DNA of 64,000 bases from a phage. Shown piece by piece: positions 59,266 to 64,000 of the stretch. Numbering within the stretch: the first letter of the stretch is position 1; each line of letters begins with the position of its first letter. The notes under the pieces are model-generated. The model saw only the letters and a program-made list of their open reading frames with translations. It was not told the origin of the DNA and ran no database searches. The position numbers and the translations under genes are program-made. The DNA lies in the NCBI GenBank assembly GCA_011884725.1, contig GCA_011884725.1_3919.1. One strand, written 5' to 3'.

Positions 59266-61243
59266 AGGTCGTAAATTGAAAGAGGCTGGTCAGTTTGTTG
59301 GTCATTGCGCATGTCCACGTTGTGGTTCATCAGATGCTGGTTCAATCTATCATCATGACGATGGTTCTTATTCAATGACTTGCTTTAGTTGTAACAAAGG
59401 TTTCCCAGAGTGGGATTTTGATAAAGGACAAATCGTGAGCACTTATTCTACTGGTTCAGACAATAAAAACCGTACTTTCCGTGGAATGGATTTAGACGAT
59501 GTGAAAGAAAACCTTGAAGCGATGGACTTGAAAGACAGGAAGATTCCTGCAAAAGTTCTTGAGCGTTTGGGTATCAAGGTTGACATTGACAGTGATGGTG
59601 AAATTGACGCGCATTTCTACCCAACTTACAAACGCAATGAAGATGGCAAGCTAGAGCATGTTGGATACCGTGTTCGTCACCGTTACCCAGAAGACCATCC
59701 AAAAGAGCACCTACGAGGTAAGTTAAAAGACTTTTCTGGTGGTGTTGGAGACATTAAAGGTGAACTGGCAATGTTCGGTTCATGGATTGCTCCAGAAGGT
59801 GGTAACCGTCTATTCATCTGGGAAGGTGAGATGGAATGTGCGACAGCAATCTATATGACTTCTCTTGCGATTAAGGACAAATCTCGTCGTAAGAATTACT
59901 GTCACGTATCTGTTCCATCAGGTGCAAACATCAAGTCTATCAAGGATAACTATCAGTACATTACATCATTTGATGAGATTTACTTGTGCTTTGATAACGA
60001 TGAAGCAGGTGCTAAAGCCACTAAAGAGGCTGCTGGTATCCTACCTATTGAGAAGGTTCGTTTATTCCAGTATCCAGAAGGTGTAAAAGACCTTAACGAA
60101 TGGTGGACAAAGTTCTATAAAGAAAAAGATACAGTTCTGGAAGGATTTAAGCAGCGTATCTACAATGCACCCCGTTACTGCCCTGCTGGTATCAAGAACT
60201 TCGCAGATGGTTTTGAGGCAATGAAGAATCGTGGTCAGATTCCATTGATTCCTTTCCCAGAATCTTTCGGAGATTTGAACAGGCTGACTTATGGTGGTTA
60301 CGGTTTAGGTGAGATTACAACTATTGCAGCACCATCTTCAGTAGGTAAGTCAGCTTACACTCGTGAGATGATTTACTCAGCTTGGAAAGAAACTGATTAT
60401 AATATCGGTGTAATTCCTGTAGAAGATACCTACGAAGAGTTGATGGAGATGCTCTGTGCAATCCGCCTGAGCAAGCAGATTTCCGAGATTCCTTATGACG
60501 AACGTGATTGGGATGAATTAAAGGAAGCACACGCAGAACTATCTAAAGGTCGTCGTATCCACATCGTAGACCATCAAGGGGCAATTGACCAAGATAACCT
60601 GCTGGAATTTGTTGACTATCTTGTTAACAGTTTAGACTGTAAGATTATCATTCTTGACCCTATTACGTTGGCTCTGTCACGTTCAGATACGGATGAAGAG
60701 GAAGTTTTGTCTGAACTATTGCGTCGTTGCAAACGCTACCAGTATGCACAGGTAAACGTCTGTCACGTTCGTAAGAGTGCAGGTGGTCAGAAAGCTAACT
60801 CTGAAGGTGGAGATATCTCTGAAGAGGACATTAAAGGTTCTGGTGCGTATTTCCAGATTTCTATGAACAACATTCTGTTAATGCGTAATAAGGTTGACCC
60901 AGACCCTGTTAAGAAAAACTTGACAAAAATAAAGTTAACTAAGTGTCGTCGTCATGGTAAGTCAACAGGTATTGCTGGTCATACTTGGTACAATCCAGAC
61001 ACAGGACGTCTTATCAAAGCTTCTGGATGTGGTGTTGACATTGATGGTGCAGCAGAAAATATTCGTCAACAGTTCGGTATTGGTGAAGCCGAAGACCATT
61101 ATGACGACTCTTTGCCTCATTATGAGGATGAAGTGTTTGACCGTGAGACTGGTGAAGTCTATACTGAAGAACAGCGTCAAAGCTCAACGATTCCACCTGT
61201 ATTAAGTGAGGATGCAGATGACTGCCCGTTTGAAACTGAGTGA
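59258..61243 (+). CDS. DNA primase/helicase (T7 gp4-like)
   Basis: N-terminal Cys4 zinc ribbon (CACPRCGS..CFSCNKGF), Toprim-like region, C-terminal helicase with Walker A AAPSSVGKS; ATG at 59258. Confidence 0.85.
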   Translation: MSKGRKLKEAGQFVGHCACPRCGSSDAGSIYHHDDGSYSMTCFSCNKGFPEWDFDKGQIVSTYSTGSDNKNRTFRGMDLDDVKENLEAMDLKDRKIPAKVLERLGIKVDIDSDGEIDAHFYPTYKRNEDGKLEHVGYRVRHRYPEDHPKEHLRGKLKDFSGGVGDIKGELAMFGSWIAPEGGNRLFIWEGEMECATAIYMTSLAIKDKSRRKNYCHVSVPSGANIKSIKDNYQYITSFDEIYLCFDNDEAGAKATKEAAGILPIEKVRLFQYPEGVKDLNEWWTKFYKEKDTVLEGFKQRIYNAPRYCPAGIKNFADGFEAMKNRGQIPLIPFPESFGDLNRLTYGGYGLGEITTIAAPSSVGKSAYTREMIYSAWKETDYNIGVIPVEDTYEELMEMLCAIRLSKQISEIPYDERDWDELKEAHAELSKGRRIHIVDHQGAIDQDNLLEFVDYLVNSLDCKIIILDPITLALSRSDTDEEEVLSELLRRCKRYQYAQVNVCHVRKSAGGQKANSEGGDISEEDIKGSGAYFQISMNNILLMRNKVDPDPVKKNLTKIKLTKCRRHGKSTGIAGHTWYNPDTGRLIKASGCGVDIDGAAENIRQQFGIGEAEDHYDDSLPHYEDEVFDRETGEVYTEEQRQSSTIPPVLSEDADDCPFETE

Positions 61244-61499
61244 TAGTTATAAAAGAGAGGGGTTTATACCCTTCTTTGAAGAAAAAAGTTTAAATGAATT
61301 TCAGGAAGAGTGTTTGACAAAGGTTGATAGGTTCTATAGAATGCTCTACATGAAATGTGATGGAGGCGTTGAGGTAGAAGAAAAGTTCCATCACAGCATA
61401 ATCACAGTCACTATTACTATACCTCGACATAATATTGGTTGGCTGTTTATAATTAAAGAAAATGTGTTTGAATATCAAGTATATCGGAGAATATCATGA
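61206..61499 (+). CDS. doubtful ORF overlapping primase-helicase end
   Basis: 97-aa ORF with no clear RBS; contains promoter-like GTTTGACAAAGG. Confidence 0.25.
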   Translation: MRMQMTARLKLSDSYKREGFIPFFEEKSLNEFQEECLTKVDRFYRMLYMKCDGGVEVEEKFHHSIITVTITIPRHNIGWLFIIKENVFEYQVYRRIS

Positions 61500-61645
61500 A
61501 ACATTCTAAAGCATTTGAACAAGTTTTTGGGGATTCCTTAAAAGCCACTGCTGGTAAACCAGCAAAATACTATGAAGAGAAGCGTGTAAGAACTGGAAAA
61601 ACTGCACGTAAAGCAGCTTCTAAAGATAAGCACAACTTCCAGTAA
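61496..61645 (+). CDS. candidate small basic protein (unlisted ORF)
   Basis: 49 aa (MKHSKAFEQVFGDSLKATAGKPAKYYEEKRVRTGKTARKAASKDKHNFQ); RBS GGAGA 7 nt upstream. Confidence 0.4.
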   Translation: MKHSKAFEQVFGDSLKATAGKPAKYYEEKRVRTGKTARKAASKDKHNFQ

Positions 61646-61717
61646 TTAATGTTTGACAATAGAGTATCAACAAATTAGAATTGGTACTCTTCATAAATTG
61701 AGATAGAGGTTTAAATA

Positions 61718-62575
61718 ATGTCTAAAGTTGTTAAAATGAAAGCTCCGGTAGAGAAGTACAATGGTACTGAACGTCAAACTCTACGTTACCTTCTGAAAGA
61801 TGTTTGGTTTTATTACCTGAACACTTCACCACGTCCGGGAAAAGGTAAATCCATTGACAAGAAATTCCCAGGCAAAGACTGTAACTACAGTGTTTCAATT
61901 CTGGCAGAAGATGGTAATAAACTATTTAAAGAGTTTACTAAGTCTAAGAAAAACCCAGAAGGTTGGGATAAAGTTACTACTGAAGCAGTTGATGCAGATG
62001 ACTTCGAAGAGAAGTTTGGTTGCAAACCACCATTTGAAGCAGACACTTACTACATCTTGAAAGTAAGTCGTGCAGCAGCTTATAAAGATGGTGCTGTGTG
62101 GACAGCTAAACAGTCATTCCCTGTAATGCTGATTGAAGAAGTAAATGGTAAGCGTGTAGCTGTTAAACAGCCGATGAAGAAAATCAAAGCTCAAGCATCT
62201 GACAAACATGAAGATGACAAGAACTATGATGTAATTCATCCAGATATTGCAGTTGGTAACGGTTCTTTTGGTAGCGTGATTCTTTCTACTCACTTCTACA
62301 CTTTTGAGAACAATGTTCTGACAAAACCTATTCAGGAACAGTTTATCATTGATACTCTTGTACCTTACACTGGTGGTAATGGCGCTAACGGTGAACCTGA
62401 ACTGGATGAAGACGAACTGGCTATGCTCGGTCTTGACGGTGTTGAAGATAACGGTGAAATCACTGAAGAAGACGCAACAGACCATAAATATTCGAATGAT
62501 TCTGATGATGGTGACGATGAAGACTTGCCAGACCCAGACGACGAAGAAGATGAAGACTTCGATACAGAAGACTAA
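61718..62575 (+). CDS. putative single-stranded DNA-binding protein
   Basis: 285 aa with strongly acidic C-terminal tail ending ..DEDFDTED, as in T7 gp2.5-type SSBs; sits within the replication module. Confidence 0.45.
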   Translation: MSKVVKMKAPVEKYNGTERQTLRYLLKDVWFYYLNTSPRPGKGKSIDKKFPGKDCNYSVSILAEDGNKLFKEFTKSKKNPEGWDKVTTEAVDADDFEEKFGCKPPFEADTYYILKVSRAAAYKDGAVWTAKQSFPVMLIEEVNGKRVAVKQPMKKIKAQASDKHEDDKNYDVIHPDIAVGNGSFGSVILSTHFYTFENNVLTKPIQEQFIIDTLVPYTGGNGANGEPELDEDELAMLGLDGVEDNGEITEEDATDHKYSNDSDDGDDEDLPDPDDEEDEDFDTED

Positions 62576-62637
62576 TCTTTAAAAGTTACTTTAAAGCCCT
62601 GTACTTAGTATGGGGCTTTTTCATATGGAGAGTCACA

Positions 62638-63684
62638 ATGGAGAAGTACACGCTAACAAAACTTCCCGATTCAGTTACACATGTCTTTATTGACTCTGAT
62701 AGTATTGCCTATAAAGGTGCTTGTGTAGTTGAGAAAGCAAAATATAAGTATGTCAATAAACTCACAGCAGAAGAATCTGAACCATTTGATAATGCAAAAG
62801 ATGCGGCAAGATGGTTAGCAGACCAGAGAATCCTTGTGGAAGAACTTGGCCTGACATTTGATGAAGATGAATGGGAAAGACAGACTTGGAAAGAAGCTAA
62901 GAGTGAAAAAGAAGCTATCATGGCTACTCAGCAGGTTCTTCAGGAATGGCTTAAGATTGTTGGTAAAGAAAGAACTTGGGTAGGTTATTTAACAGAGAAG
63001 GGTGTGCATAAACATAAAGACATTAAAGGTCTTGAGCACCAATATCAAGGTAATCGTAAAGATGCTGTCACACCAACACACTTAGTCGCTTGTCGTGAAT
63101 ACCTTTTATCCAGACCAGAGTTCAAGCTCTTAAAGGGAGGCTTCGAAGCCGATTCAATCGTAATTGCTAAAGCTGAAAAGATGGGTAAGAAGGCTGCTCT
63201 TATGAGTATTGACAAAGACCTTCGACAAGCTGAAGGAACTTATTGTATTGATATGACTTATGAAAAATCACCACTAATCTTTATTGCTGATAATAATGTT
63301 GGTGATATCTGGGATTGTCCTATCAAATCAAAACCAAAAGCTGCAAAAACAGTTGGTGTAGGTTTTAAATTCTTGTGTTATCAGGCTGTTGCTGGAGATA
63401 ATGCAGATAACTACTTCGGCCTTAAAGGTGCTGGTAAAGTAGCTGTGATGAATGCTTTAGAGGGTAAAGAGACCTATAAAGAGTGTCTTGATGCTATCTA
63501 TGAACTCTATGCTAAAAAAGACTCTTATACCTATGTGTCATGGGATGGACAGACTGTTACAAAGACACCGTTAGAGTTAATGGAACAGCATTTCTTCCTA
63601 GCTTATCAAGAGCGAAATAAATCAGATATTTTTTCATTTGAAAAGTATGGATGGACACCAAATGTTAACTCAACAAACTCTTAA
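62638..63684 (+). CDS. 5'-3' exonuclease / flap endonuclease
   Basis: N-terminal acidic cluster HVFIDSDSIAYKG, GFEADSIVIAKA, H3TH-like FGLKGAGKVAV. Confidence 0.6.
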   Translation: MEKYTLTKLPDSVTHVFIDSDSIAYKGACVVEKAKYKYVNKLTAEESEPFDNAKDAARWLADQRILVEELGLTFDEDEWERQTWKEAKSEKEAIMATQQVLQEWLKIVGKERTWVGYLTEKGVHKHKDIKGLEHQYQGNRKDAVTPTHLVACREYLLSRPEFKLLKGGFEADSIVIAKAEKMGKKAALMSIDKDLRQAEGTYCIDMTYEKSPLIFIADNNVGDIWDCPIKSKPKAAKTVGVGFKFLCYQAVAGDNADNYFGLKGAGKVAVMNALEGKETYKECLDAIYELYAKKDSYTYVSWDGQTVTKTPLELMEQHFFLAYQERNKSDIFSFEKYGWTPNVNSTNS

Positions 63685-64000
63685 AGAATACCTGCACTAT
63701 GACCCCGAAACAGGGGTCTTTACTTGGATTAAGAAGTCTGCTAGACACACAAAAATTGGCTCTGTTGCAGGTACAAACTTAAGAGGGTACACCAGAATTT
63801 ATTTGTTTGGTAAGGGCTATTATGCACATACCCTAGCTGTTCTGTATATGGATGGATACCTACCTGAGTGTGTTGACCATAAAAATCATGTAACACTAGA
63901 CAATCGCTGGGTAAATCTTAGGGCATGTACGTTATCAGAGAACCAATGTAATAGGTTGCTCAATAAGAACAATAAATCAGGTGTTAAAGGTGTGTACTAC
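63662..64000 (+). CDS. HNH homing endonuclease, 3' end beyond window
   Basis: MLTQQTLKEYLHYDPETGVF..; HNH core YMDGYLPECVDHKNHVTLDNRWVNLR; AP2-like KSGVKGVY starting at the window edge; overlaps the exonuclease 3' end. Confidence 0.7.
   Translation, partial: MLTQQTLKEYLHYDPETGVFTWIKKSARHTKIGSVAGTNLRGYTRIYLFGKGYYAHTLAVLYMDGYLPECVDHKNHVTLDNRWVNLRACTLSENQCNRLLNKNNKSGVKGVYY

Overview
The window reads as a contiguous segment of a virulent tailed-phage genome (about 40% GC) with a contractile-tail structural module. Gene content resembles Felix-O1-type myophages, but that is inference from content only; no search was run. Layout: (1) 1-6400, a plus-strand array of 13 small early-type genes, each preceded by one of two conserved leader modules (promoter, covarying 5' hairpin, identical RBS); (2) 6450-8010, a 1.6 kb ORF-free region packed with helically phased TGTTA(A/G) and CTATAAAG short repeats between convergent terminators; (3) 8051-15700, a minus-strand block of small hypothetical genes plus a T4-lysozyme-like endolysin and an Ig-repeat protein with a truncated paralog; (4) 15928-17796, a Gly/Pro/Lys-rich small protein and a 471-aa protein with a C-terminal vWA/MIDAS domain; (5) 17962-23140, an array of about 27 tRNA genes interrupted by two protein genes, internal promoters and a terminator, and by several repeated structured elements that are not tRNAs; (6) 23363-47097, the morphogenesis module (large terminase, portal, prohead protease/scaffold, major capsid, sheath, tube, tape measure, P2/Mu-type baseplate, two tail fibres); (7) 47135-56770 minus strand, thymidylate synthase, DHFR, ATP-dependent DNA ligase, HNH-AP2 endonuclease, family-A DNA polymerase and small genes; (8) 57027-64000, dNMP kinase, T7-gp4-like primase-helicase, putative SSB, 5'-3' exonuclease and a second, truncated HNH endonuclease. 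The most interesting candidate is a possible Ro60-like (TROVE/vWA) protein sitting next to tRNA-like structured RNAs, i.e. a possible phage Ro/Y-RNA-type module. All tRNA folds, anticodons and protein family assignments were done by eye and need tool confirmation; coordinates of RNA features are approximate.
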